Positions 9,451-17,725 of a stretch of 64,000 nt of DNA are shown piece by piece. The notes under the pieces are model-generated. The model was not told the origin of the DNA and did not search any database. It saw only the letters and a program-made list of their open reading frames with translations. The position numbers and the translations under genes were made by a program. The stretch is from Actinomycetes bacterium (GTDB taxonomy: Bacteria; Actinomycetota; UBA4738; HRBIN12), in contig JANXVR010000103.1 in NCBI GenBank assembly GCA_025351565.1, forward strand, positions 697-64,696, in the 5' to 3' direction. Each line of letters starts with the position of its first letter. The stretch's first letter is position 1.

Positions 9451-9881
9451 GAGCCTCCGGTTGCGGCCTTGCCCCGTCGCTTGGCGAGACTTCCCTCCAG
9501 GTCCGACCAGACGCGGTCCAGCGCGATGGCGAACACACCCTGGCCCTTGTTCAGAAGGTCGATGACCGCTTCGGGCGAATGGGCTTCGTAGATGCCTTCG
9601 CCGTCGGACATGAGCGTGACCCCGTGAGGGCGCTTCTTCATGGTCTGGAGGTAGGCCACCGCCTTGCGCACCCGCTGCAGCGAGACACCGGTATCGAGCA
9701 GGCTCTTGATCACGCGGAGGGTGACCAGATCCTGGAACGAATACAGCCGCTGAGATCCCGACCCGTGCGCGTCGTTGACCGAGGGTGTCACCAGGTCGGT
9801 TCTGGCCCAGTAGTCCAGCTGGCGATAGCTGATCCCGACGATCTTGCAGACATCCGGAACCCGATAGGCCTCTTCGATCAT
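9447..9881 (-). CDS. MerR-family transcriptional regulator
   Basis: 144-aa ORF: YRVPDVCKIVGISYRQLDYWARTDLVTPSV...RLYSFQDLVTLRVIKSLLDTGVSLQRVRKAV. This is a MerR HTH plus coiled-coil region. Its position matches the MerR gene upstream of gcvP in actinobacterial synteny. Confidence 0.85.
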   Translation of the reverse strand: MIEEAYRVPDVCKIVGISYRQLDYWARTDLVTPSVNDAHGSGSQRLYSFQDLVTLRVIKSLLDTGVSLQRVRKAVAYLQTMKKRPHGVTLMSDGEGIYEAHSPEAVIDLLNKGQGVFAIALDRVWSDLEGSLAKRRGKAATGGS

Positions 9882-10128
9882 GACAACTCCGTAATCACGT
9901 CAGTGTGTTTCGGCAGCGTATGGGGTGCCCGGGAGCCTGTCAACGGTGGCGGGTGAGAGTTCCCCTCCTTCGGGCCTAAAGTTCGGCGGGGTACTGTGCC
10001 GACACCTATAACTAGCTAGGAAGAACTAGTCTCCCGATAACGGCAAACCGGCGGGAACGCCGGGACGCAAAGTTCCGGGTCCGATCGCCCACGCGGGCGG
10101 GGACGGCCGAGCTACCGAAGGAGTACCG

Positions 10129-10596
10129 ATGCGCCGCATGGGCAGGTGGATAGGGGGGTTTGCGCTGATCTTGGCGACGACCTGCCTGATGGGGTTTGCC
10201 GCTCCTTCCGCGCTCGCCGGTTCGCGCCAGCCGGACGTGTACCGGCACCAGATGCTCGCGGCCACGAACGACTCGCGGCTCATCCACCACAAGGGACGCT
10301 TGAGTCTGGACGACCGGATGTCCGCGCTCGCCGAGCGTCACAGTGCCCAGATGGCCAAGGCCGGATATCTGTTCCACACGTCGAACGTCGGCGCGTACCT
10401 CTCCGACACGCCGTGGCACGCTTGGGGAGAGAACATCGGGTACATGCCAGGGGGCAACGTGAGCGACCTGCAGAAGGCGTTCATGCGGAGCCCCGTACAC
10501 CGGGACAACATCCTGAACGGCGCCTTCAGACATGTGGCCATCGGGACCGTCTATCAGGGCGGCACCCTCTGGGTAACGGTCTTCTTCTACGGGTAG
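10129..10596 (+). CDS. secreted CAP/SCP-domain protein (YkwD-like)
   Basis: 155-aa ORF. Signal peptide MRRMGRWIGGFALILATTCLMGFAAPSALAG, then the CAP pattern NDSRLIHHKGRLSLDDRMSALAERHSAQMA...GENIGY...MRSPVHRDNILNGAFRHVAIG. Confidence 0.8.
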   Translation: MRRMGRWIGGFALILATTCLMGFAAPSALAGSRQPDVYRHQMLAATNDSRLIHHKGRLSLDDRMSALAERHSAQMAKAGYLFHTSNVGAYLSDTPWHAWGENIGYMPGGNVSDLQKAFMRSPVHRDNILNGAFRHVAIGTVYQGGTLWVTVFFYG

Positions 10597-10624
10597 CCGG
10601 ATCAGCGTCCCAGCGGAGGGACAC

Positions 10625-10682
10625 GGGCGGACGAGCGACCGAGGGGGACGCTCGCCCGCCCCTTCGCTCTGAGTGAAGGGGC
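10625..10682. terminator. two adjacent GC-rich stem-loops between convergent genes (candidate bidirectional terminator)
   Basis: GGGCGGACGAGCG (10625-10637) pairs with CGCTCGCCCGCCC (10649-10661) with one mismatch. GCCCCTTC (10658-10665) pairs with GAAGGGGC (10675-10682). No U-tract, as is common in high-GC actinobacteria. Confidence 0.35.
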
Positions 10683-10685
10683 GGT

Positions 10686-11159
10686 TCAGCCGGCGAAGTC
10701 CTCAGGGCTAACGTTGTCCAGGAACTCGCGGAACTTCTCGACCTCTTCCTCTTCTTCGCCGGGGATCAGGATCGACGCCTCTTCCAAGACGCCCTCCTCG
10801 GCGAAAACGGGGACTTCCATCCTCACGGCAAGAGCGATGGCGTCGGAGGGCCGAGAGGAGATCTCGTAACTGTCACCGTTCCGCTGCAATTGGATGGAAG
10901 CGAAGAAGGTGCTGTCGCGCAGTTCGGTGACGACGATGCGTTGCACGCTGACCTGAAGGTCCTCCAGGATGTTCTGCATGAGGTCGTGTGTCATCGGGCG
11001 AGGGGTGACGACCCCTTGCAGGCTCAGCGCGATGGCCGCGGCTTCAGCAGCCCCGATCCAGATGGGAAGGTAGCGCTCTCCCCCACGCTCACGCAGCAGC
11101 ACGATCGGTTGATTCGTCGGAAGCTCCACCCGAACGCCTGTGATCTCCATCTCGATCAT
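10686..11159 (-). CDS. bifunctional nuclease family protein (DUF151)
   Basis: ORF 10686..11405 from the internal ATG at 11159: MIEMEITGVRVELPTNQPIVLLRERGGERYLPIWIGAAEAAAIALSLQGVVTPRPMTHDL... The ATGA overlap with the hpt stop supports this start. Confidence 0.85.
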   Translation of the reverse strand: MIEMEITGVRVELPTNQPIVLLRERGGERYLPIWIGAAEAAAIALSLQGVVTPRPMTHDLMQNILEDLQVSVQRIVVTELRDSTFFASIQLQRNGDSYEISSRPSDAIALAVRMEVPVFAEEGVLEEASILIPGEEEEEVEKFREFLDNVSPEDFAG

Positions 11160-11770
11160 GTCCTGCCAGGGTAGCCGCGCCCCCGCCCTTGGGCAACCTG
11201 CGGGCGCTCGTGTGCGGGGTCGAGCAGAGACAGGTCGCTCTTCAGACGGTCCATGTCCTCGATAGCCAGGATGTCCGACAGGTTCCGGAAACGATCGCGG
11301 AAGTCCATGCCGTAGCCGATGACAAAACGATCCGGACAGTCGAATCCGACGTAGCGAGGTTGAAGCGGTGCGATCCGACGAACCGAGCGATCGAGGAGGG
11401 TGCACACCTCGATCGATGCCGTACCCCGAACCTTCAACGCTGACAACAGGTACGAGACGGTCAACCCTGTATCGACGATGTCCTCAACCAGGACGACGTC
11501 GCGCTCCGCGAGGTCGACGTCGATATCCAGGAGCACGCGAACGCGCCCGAGCGACGTTTCGGCTCCGCCGTAGCGACTGATGGCAAGGAAGTGGGTCTGA
11601 AGCGGGACGTCGACCGCTCGGACCAGGTCGGCGAGGAATATCGCGCCACCCCGCAGGACCGTCACGAACACGGGCTCTCGCCCCACGTAGTCCCCGGTGA
11701 TCGTGCGACCGAGTTCCTGCACCCGGCGACGGATCTCCTCGCGCCCGAAGAGGACGCTCGCGATCTCCAT
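11156..11770 (-). CDS. hpt: hypoxanthine phosphoribosyltransferase
   Basis: 204-aa ORF with PRPP-binding loop VVLVEDIVDTGLTVSYL, plus FVIGYGMDF. Typical Hpt. Confidence 0.9.
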   Translation of the reverse strand: MEIASVLFGREEIRRRVQELGRTITGDYVGREPVFVTVLRGGAIFLADLVRAVDVPLQTHFLAISRYGGAETSLGRVRVLLDIDVDLAERDVVLVEDIVDTGLTVSYLLSALKVRGTASIEVCTLLDRSVRRIAPLQPRYVGFDCPDRFVIGYGMDFRDRFRNLSDILAIEDMDRLKSDLSLLDPAHERPQVAQGRGRGYPGRT

Positions 11771-11823
11771 CGGCGCGAGCGTAACAGGCCTGGGGCGGCC
11801 CCCGGAGAGGTCGTAGACCTGCC

Positions 11824-12576
11824 CTAGGCCGAGAGGGTCGAGCGGATGTTCGTTCGGAGGAGGGCTTGCTTGAACTTACGCGAGGTCACCGTCAGCTCGG
11901 CCAGGGTGTCCGCGGCGGCACGCCTGGCGTCGGGGTTCTTCTGACGCATCATCGGGGCCACGATCTGTTCGAAGAAAGACGCCTCCCGCTCCTCGAAGTG
12001 CTTGTACATCGTGAGGTGGCGGGGTTCGACCCCGTAGCGGAAGAAGTCCTTGACGATGGAGAGAACGATGTAGTCGTCACCGTCGTAGTAGCGGGCGTTC
12101 TCCGGGCCGTGAGAGCTGACGATCCCGAAGGACTCCAGCTCCTTGATGCGGTCACGGTCTACCCCGGTGGCGGCTGCCATCTCCTCGAGCGACATCTGCA
12201 GCCCCGTCGGCGCATCTGCGATCTCCTCGGATGCGGCAGCTCTGCTCGCAGCCGCGGCTTCGGCCCGTCCGGCCGCCGCCTCTCCCCCATCGCCGTCGGC
12301 GGCCGCAGCCTCGTCTTCGGCCGCTTGCTGAAGGAGACGTTCTTTGATGACCTTCAAAGGCAGGTACTCGTCGCGCTGCATGCGCAGGATCGACTTCAGC
12401 ATGTCGACGTCCCGGCTGTAGAACTTGCGGTAGCCCGACGGCGTGCGCTCGGGTTCGATGAGTCCTTCGGCCTCCAGGAACCGGATCTTGGAGATGGTGA
12501 TGTCCGGGAACTCGGTCTTGACCGAGACCAACACTTCGCCGATCGATCGATAGTTGCGCGTTCCCGCCATGATCAC
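11824..12576 (-). CDS. ftsR: MerR-family cell-division regulator FtsR-like
   Basis: 250-aa ORF: SIGEVLVSVKTEFPDITISKIRFLEAEGLIEPERTPSGYRKFYSRDVDMLKSILRMQRDEYLPLKVIKERL, followed by an Ala/Glu-rich linker and a second MerR-like C-terminal domain. It lies next to the FHA protein and gcvH, as in Mycobacterium and Corynebacterium. Confidence 0.8.
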   Translation of the reverse strand: MIMAGTRNYRSIGEVLVSVKTEFPDITISKIRFLEAEGLIEPERTPSGYRKFYSRDVDMLKSILRMQRDEYLPLKVIKERLLQQAAEDEAAAADGDGGEAAAGRAEAAAASRAAASEEIADAPTGLQMSLEEMAAATGVDRDRIKELESFGIVSSHGPENARYYDGDDYIVLSIVKDFFRYGVEPRHLTMYKHFEEREASFFEQIVAPMMRQKNPDARRAAADTLAELTVTSRKFKQALLRTNIRSTLSA

Positions 12577-13031
12577 TCCCCTGCCATGAAGAACACGAGT
12601 TTGAACAATCCGACCTGGATCTCATCGTGGTCGGCGAGCGCCGTCTCGTCGGCCTGCTCTCCGTTGACGTAGCTCCCGTTCAGGCTGCCCGCGTCCTTGA
12701 CGAACCAGGCACCCCCCCGCCGCTCGATGAACGCGTGCCTGCGCGAGACGGTCACGTCATCGAGGAAGACTTCGCTCCCGGGATCGCGGCCGATGGCTGT
12801 TGAATCTGAATCCAGCAAGAACGTCGAGCCCGCGTTCGGGCCACGCTTGACCAGAAGGAGTGCTTGACCGGCCTCAAGTTCATCGTTGGGGAAGGGGAAG
12901 TCATCCTGCGCCTCATCGTCGGTCTCGACCGGGCTCAGGGTCAGCGTGGGGTCACCCTTGAGTGCACGGCCGCAACGCATGCAGAACAGCGCGTCGGTCG
13001 GGTTGGACTGTCCACAATGGGTGCACTTCAC
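12573..13031 (-). CDS. FHA-domain protein with N-terminal zinc ribbon (in the GarA/OdhI position)
   Basis: 152-aa ORF with a GTG start. CTHCGQSNPTDALFCMRCG is a CxxC...CxxC zinc ribbon. AIGRDPGSEVFLDDVTVSRRHAFIERRGGAWFVKDAGSLNGSYVNG is the FHA core. Confidence 0.85.
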   Translation of the reverse strand: MKCTHCGQSNPTDALFCMRCGRALKGDPTLTLSPVETDDEAQDDFPFPNDELEAGQALLLVKRGPNAGSTFLLDSDSTAIGRDPGSEVFLDDVTVSRRHAFIERRGGAWFVKDAGSLNGSYVNGEQADETALADHDEIQVGLFKLVFFMAGE

Positions 13032-13198
13032 GGTCGAGACTCCCTGGACGACGCTGTCTAGCCGAGAGTATAGGTTCAGGTCTCACTGTCACTCTCAGTC
13101 GTGCAGTGACCCTATCGCGGGTCGTACGTAGGGTCAACCAGGGCGCGAATGCAGTCTCCACCCCGGATAGGGGTAACGCTCAACCTTGGCTGGGTGGG

Positions 13199-13582
13199 TC
13201 AAGAACCCTCAACCATCGACTTGTACGCTTCCGCGTTCATAAGTCGCCCCACGTCGGCGGGGTCGGCCGGCTCCACGAGGACGAGCCAGCCATCACCGTA
13301 GGGTTGCTGGTTCACGAGCTCAGGAGCGTCTTCGATGAGTGGGTTCTTCTCGACGATGGTGCCCGAGATCGGGCTGTACACATCGGAAACGGACTTCGTG
13401 GACTCGACCTCACCGAACGCCTCGTCCGCTCGTATCGCTGTGCCGGCTTCCGGAAGGTCGACGTAGACGACGTCGCCGAGCGCATCCTGCGCGAAATCGG
13501 TGACACCGATCCGTACGCGGCCGCCTTCCAAGCGCGCCCATTCGTGCTCCTTGGTGTAGCCAACGTCATCTGGGAACTCCAC
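13199..13582 (-). CDS. gcvH: glycine cleavage system protein H
   Basis: 127-aa ORF: YTKEHEWARLEGGRVRIGVTDFAQDALGDVVYVDLPE...GEVESTKSVSDVYSPISG, which contains the lipoyl-lysine motif. Confidence 0.95.
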   Translation of the reverse strand: MEFPDDVGYTKEHEWARLEGGRVRIGVTDFAQDALGDVVYVDLPEAGTAIRADEAFGEVESTKSVSDVYSPISGTIVEKNPLIEDAPELVNQQPYGDGWLVLVEPADPADVGRLMNAEAYKSMVEGS

Positions 13583-13633
13583 GTCAACCTCCTGATCGTA
13601 GGACGGGAACGATAGCGGACCCTGCGAGCGGGT

Positions 13634-14233
13634 TCACGCGGCTGCAGCCAGGGCCCGGCGGATGTCGACGACATACACGCCGGTCGCGATGTAGTACTCC
13701 ACGATCCCAACCGCGAAGCACACCCATCCGATGACCAAGAAGGCCGCGGCAGGTGGATACCCCAGATCCGCCCAGGAGATCGACGGGATCGCGATCATGA
13801 GGCAGAAGGTGGCCGTCTTGCCGACGAACCGAACGTCCAGACGGATCCGCCGCGCCGCCAGCAGCGAGGCACCCGCTATCAGGATGGCCGCGTCACGAAC
13901 CAAGATCAACAGGGCTGCCCAAAGAGGGAAGGCGCCGCGGATAACCAGGGCAGCCAGCCCCGCGGCGATCGAGAGGCGGTCCGCGACCGGATCAAGGACC
14001 TTCCCGAGGTCGGAGACCTGGCCGGTCCGGCGCGCGACGACCCCATCCACCCAATCGGTTGCCACGACGAAGGCGAAGAGCGCGACCCCCCCGAGCGTCG
14101 TGGGGCGATGCACGATCAGATAGGTGAAGACAGGTATGAGAAGGATGCGGATCGAGGAGATGAGGTTCGGGACGGTGAGGATGGCCGCCGACGCATCGGC
14201 GGGGCGGGATCCGTTATCGGCTGTCCCATTCAT
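13634..14233 (-). CDS. pgsA: CDP-alcohol phosphatidyltransferase (PgsA-type)
   Basis: 199-aa multi-TM ORF with the signature DWVDGVVARRTGQVSDLGKVLDPVADRL (D-x2-DG-x2-AR...G-x3-D-x3-D). Confidence 0.85.
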   Translation of the reverse strand: MNGTADNGSRPADASAAILTVPNLISSIRILLIPVFTYLIVHRPTTLGGVALFAFVVATDWVDGVVARRTGQVSDLGKVLDPVADRLSIAAGLAALVIRGAFPLWAALLILVRDAAILIAGASLLAARRIRLDVRFVGKTATFCLMIAIPSISWADLGYPPAAAFLVIGWVCFAVGIVEYYIATGVYVVDIRRALAAAA

Positions 14234-14236
14234 CGG

Positions 14237-14311
14237 TCGGGCCGGCCGGATTCGAACCGGCGACCTTCTGACCCCCAGTCAGACGCGCTAACCAAGCTGC
14301 GCCACGGCCCG
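14237..14311 (-). tRNA. tRNA-Pro (anticodon GGG)
   Basis: The reverse complement reads CGGGCCGTGGCGCAGCTTGGTTAGCGCGTCTGACTGGGGGTCAGAAGGTCGCCGGTTCGAATCCGGCCGGCCCGA. It has a 7-bp acceptor stem, D-loop AGCTTGGTTAG, anticodon stem TCTGA/TCAGA with loop CTGGGGG (anticodon GGG), and T-arm GGTTCGAATCC. CCA is not encoded. Confidence 0.9.
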
Positions 14312-14358
14312 TCGCGCGCATCCTAGCAGTCACCGGGAACCCGACGCGCCAGCGCAGA

Positions 14359-15684
14359 TCATAGGCGTTCGCCGCCGGTGCCGCCCTTCGTTCGCGGACG
14401 ATACGAGAACCGGATGGGTACCCCTTCGAATCCGAACTCTCGCCGGAAGCGATTCTCCATGTAACGGCGATACCCGGGGCCCGGCTCCTTCGCCCCGCCG
14501 AAGATGACGAACGTCGGTGGTGCTGCGGCGACCTGGGTCGCGTAGTGGAGGCTTCCCGCGGCGCGGGGAGTGGGACGCTCCGCTTGTGCCGCGTGAAGAA
14601 CATCGTTCACCTTGGAGGTCGGGATCCGAAGTCTCCACCTGTGGTGAAGCTCCATCAGGATGGGCGGGAGCCGGTGCACCCCTTGGGCCGTGATGGCCGA
14701 CGTTCGGATGGCTTCCGCCCTCGCGAACAACGAAACCTCCTCCTGCATGTTCTTAAAGGTTCGGTCCTTGTCCTCGACCAGGTCCCATTTGTTGGCAACC
14801 ACCAGAAGCGCCCGGCCGGCGTCCATCGCGAGGTTAGCGATCTTCTTGTCCTCTCCGGTGAACCCCTCGGTGGCATCGAGCACCAGAACGGCAGCGTGGG
14901 CTCGCTCGATGGCCTCTGTCGCCCTGAGAACGCTGTAGTACTCAACGCCGCGCACCTTGGTTCCCCTGCGCATGCCCGCCGTATCCACGAACCTGACGGT
15001 GCCGAGCCCCGGCCACTCCACCAGCGCGTCGACCGCGTCGCGGGTCGTGCCGGCTTCCTCGAAGACGACGGATCTGTCTTGGCCGATGAGCTGATTGAAC
15101 AACGATGACTTCCCGACGTTCGGGCGCCCGACGAGGGCGAACCGAGGTTCCGGTTCGCGGTTCTCGCCTGTGCTTCGGGGCGCGTCCGGCAGCAATGCGA
15201 CGATCCGGTCGAGGAGGTCACCTGCACCTCGACCGTGCAGTGCGCTCACCCCGAACGGCTCCCCCAGGCCCAGGCGCGTGAACGCAGCGACTTCGACCTC
15301 TTCCTTCTCCGCGTCGATCTTGTTCGCGACGACCAATACGGGAACGGCGGTTCGGCGCAGCCGTTTCGCGAGATCGTCGTCGTCTTGTGTGATACCCGAA
15401 CGCGCGTCGACCACGAGGAGGATGAGGTCTGCCTCGGCCTCGGCGCGCGCGGCCTGATCCGCGACCTTCGACTCGATGCCACGGGCTCCATGGGCGTAGC
15501 CGCCGGTATCGATGAGGGTGAAGCGTCGATCGTTCCACTCGGCCTCGAGTTCGATCCTGTCTCGCGTGACCCCTGCCATCGGATGCGCGATGGCCTCACG
15601 GCGTCCGAAGAGCCGGTTGACCAGCGTCGACTTCCCGACGTTCTGTCGGCCGACCACGGCGATGCGGGGGACGGGCGCGCTCAT
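14359..15684 (-). CDS. der: ribosome biogenesis GTPase Der (EngA)
   Basis: 441-aa ORF with two tandem GTPase domains (GRQNVGKST... and GRPNVGKSS... P-loops, DTGG/DTAG, NKID/NKWD) and a KH-like C-terminus. Confidence 0.95.
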   Translation of the reverse strand: MSAPVPRIAVVGRQNVGKSTLVNRLFGRREAIAHPMAGVTRDRIELEAEWNDRRFTLIDTGGYAHGARGIESKVADQAARAEAEADLILLVVDARSGITQDDDDLAKRLRRTAVPVLVVANKIDAEKEEVEVAAFTRLGLGEPFGVSALHGRGAGDLLDRIVALLPDAPRSTGENREPEPRFALVGRPNVGKSSLFNQLIGQDRSVVFEEAGTTRDAVDALVEWPGLGTVRFVDTAGMRRGTKVRGVEYYSVLRATEAIERAHAAVLVLDATEGFTGEDKKIANLAMDAGRALLVVANKWDLVEDKDRTFKNMQEEVSLFARAEAIRTSAITAQGVHRLPPILMELHHRWRLRIPTSKVNDVLHAAQAERPTPRAAGSLHYATQVAAAPPTFVIFGGAKEPGPGYRRYMENRFRREFGFEGVPIRFSYRPRTKGGTGGERL

Positions 15685-16343
15685 GGGAGCAACCCAGGTG
15701 CGTGCAGTCGAACCAGTTCGAGGGCGGCTTGGAGTGTCTCGCGAACGCCGAGGAATGCCGTGTCGAGGCGGACGGCGCCGGACGGGGCTTCGGGTGGGTT
15801 CAACTGGGCATCCCTGCGGTCTCGCGCGTGCAGCGAAGCCTCAACCTCAGCCTGAGTCGAGTCCCGCTCCGCGGTTCGCCGGGCGGCGCGAGCCCCCGGG
15901 TCCGCAGTCAGGTAGAGCTTGAGGGGCGCATCGGGGAAGACCATCGAGCCGATATCTCGCCCGTCCATGACGGCGCCGTGAAGTTCGCCGAGCGCCCGTT
16001 GCGCGGCGCGCATGAGGGCGCGGACCTCCGGGTGACGGGATACGTCGGAGACTTCGGCTTCGACCCTGGGGGTCTGAAGGGCGCGGGTCGACGGGCGGCC
16101 CTGGATCAAGAGCTCCGGCGGGCTGGCCTCGGACAGCGAGAAGCGGATCGTGCGAAGCAGTTGCGCGAGGGCGGTGCCGTCGTCGGTCGAGATGCCCGTC
16201 TGAAGCGCTTCCAGGGTGAGGGCGCGATACATGAGGCCGGTGTTGACGTAGGGCAGCCGCAGCGCAACAGCCAGACCCTTGCCCAGGGTGGACTTGCCAC
16301 TCCCGGCTGCTCCGTCGATAGTGATCACCGCGGGCGTCGTCAT
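15681..16343 (-). CDS. cmk: cytidylate kinase
   Basis: 220-aa ORF: ITIDGAAGSGKSTLGKGLAVALRLPYVNTGLMYRALT. It overlaps the der start by 4 nt. Confidence 0.9.
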   Translation of the reverse strand: MTTPAVITIDGAAGSGKSTLGKGLAVALRLPYVNTGLMYRALTLEALQTGISTDDGTALAQLLRTIRFSLSEASPPELLIQGRPSTRALQTPRVEAEVSDVSRHPEVRALMRAAQRALGELHGAVMDGRDIGSMVFPDAPLKLYLTADPGARAARRTAERDSTQAEVEASLHARDRRDAQLNPPEAPSGAVRLDTAFLGVRETLQAALELVRLHAPGLLP

Positions 16344-17716
16344 GGCAGCACCTCGATCCTCGCACCCAGCGCGCTCAGCGCGCCGACGAAACCGGGGAAC
16401 GACACGTCAGCGGCTTCTACCCCGTCGATCTCGCAGGGCTCCGACGCGGAGAGGGCTGCGACCACGAACGCCATCGCCATCCGATGGTCGCCGCCCGCAT
16501 ACGTCCGGCCTCCACGGAGTCCGCCTCCCGCCACGACCAGGTCCTCCCCTTCCGCGACCGCGTTCCCACCGAGCGCCCGTAGCCCTTCGGCCAGGCCGGC
16601 CAGGCGATCCGACTCCTTCACCCTGAGTTCGCCCGCATCCAGGAACCAGGAGTCGCCGGGCGCGCGCGAGGCGACTGCCGCGAGCACGGGGATCTCGTCG
16701 ATGAGGAGAGGGACCTCCTCCGCGGCGATCGTAGTCGAGCGGATGCCTTCGGTCGGAGCGACCCAGAGGTCCCCGACGGGCTCCCCCACCGACTCGTGAT
16801 CGACCCTGGCCTCTGTCCGAACGCCCATCCGCGCCAGAACGTCCAGGAAGTGCAGTCTGCTCGGGTTGAGGCCGACCCCGCGAAGGGTGACCTCAGATCC
16901 GGTGAGCGCCGCAGCCGCCACGATGAACGCGGCTGACGAAGGATCACCCGGCACTCGGCCTTCGAATCCTTCGTGCTGGAAGGCCTCGACGCTGACGGTC
17001 GTCCGGTCCGCCGAGATGGAGACCGGCGCGCCCAACGCCCGAAGCGCGCGCTCCGTGTGATCACGCGTCCACACCATCTCCTCGACAGTGGTTACACCTT
17101 CAGCCTCGAGCCCCGCGAAGAGGATCGCGCTCTTCACCTGTGCCGTCGGCACGGGGGCGCGATAGGTGATCCCGTGGAGTCCTCCGCCGTCCACCTTGAC
17201 GGGCGCGTGGCCGCCCCTCGTGGTGACCGATGCTCCCATCTGGCGGAGCGGCTCGGCCACTCGCTCCATGGGGCGGGTTGAGAGGCTGGCATCTCCCACC
17301 AGAACCGACGTGAACGGAGCACCTGCCAACACTCCCGCGAGTAGCCGCATCGTCGTCCCCGAGTTACCGCAGTCGAGGTCGTGAGAGGGCAGATGGATCC
17401 CCGCTCGACCCTGACCCTGAACCTCAAGCGGCGAGGTGACGCCCGTTCGATCGTGAGCGTTCCACGTGGAACTGCCCGGCTTCGCCGCAGGTCCATCGTT
17501 CCGGCTCCAAGCCTCAAGTCCAGGTCGAACCGAGGGGACGAGTGCCGCGAGACATGACGCCGTCGAGCCCACATCGAGGCTCCGCGGCAGATCTTCGATC
17601 AGGCTCCTCCCGCTCGCCGTCGAGGAGAGGATGAGCCACCGGTGCGCGATCGACTTGTCCCCGGGCACGGTAAGTTCCCCCGACAGGTTCGACCCCGGTG
17701 TGATCCGTAGCCGCAT
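16340..17716 (-). CDS. aroA: 3-phosphoshikimate 1-carboxyvinyltransferase (EPSP synthase)
   Basis: 458-aa ORF: GELTVPGDKSIAHRWLILSS, LDCGNSGTTMRLLAGVLA, DHRMAMAFVVAAL. Classic AroA motifs. Confidence 0.95.
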   Translation of the reverse strand: MRLRITPGSNLSGELTVPGDKSIAHRWLILSSTASGRSLIEDLPRSLDVGSTASCLAALVPSVRPGLEAWSRNDGPAAKPGSSTWNAHDRTGVTSPLEVQGQGRAGIHLPSHDLDCGNSGTTMRLLAGVLAGAPFTSVLVGDASLSTRPMERVAEPLRQMGASVTTRGGHAPVKVDGGGLHGITYRAPVPTAQVKSAILFAGLEAEGVTTVEEMVWTRDHTERALRALGAPVSISADRTTVSVEAFQHEGFEGRVPGDPSSAAFIVAAAALTGSEVTLRGVGLNPSRLHFLDVLARMGVRTEARVDHESVGEPVGDLWVAPTEGIRSTTIAAEEVPLLIDEIPVLAAVASRAPGDSWFLDAGELRVKESDRLAGLAEGLRALGGNAVAEGEDLVVAGGGLRGGRTYAGGDHRMAMAFVVAALSASEPCEIDGVEAADVSFPGFVGALSALGARIEVLP

Positions 17717-17725
17717 GTCTCCCCC

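Noticed and set aside
9043-10128. Glycine riboswitch upstream of the gcv genes (also checked at 13583..13633, upstream of gcvH).
   Set aside because: The gaps before gcvPA (39 nt) and gcvH (51 nt) are too short. The 247-nt region upstream of the merR-orf-gcvP unit contains CCGAAGGAGGGGAACUCUCA on the relevant strand. It lacks the GGAGAG...CACCGAAGGGGCAA...CUCAGGCAAAAGGAC tandem-aptamer blocks. A cmscan with RF00504 would settle it.
10040-10128. Cyclic-di-AMP (ydaO/yuaA) riboswitch upstream of the secreted CAP-domain protein.
   Set aside because: Only a superficial resemblance exists (GCGGGGACGGCCGAGCUACCGAAGG versus the ...GGGGA...CCGACAGCUAACC...AAG... blocks). The pseudo-two-fold architecture and the 5' half are not discernible. 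This needs a cmscan with RF00379 before any claim.
14237-14311. tRNA-Pro as an integration hotspot with an adjacent island.
   Set aside because: The genes on both sides (pgsA 3 nt away, der 47 nt away) are core genes in conserved order. There is no direct repeat of the tRNA 3' end and no integrase.
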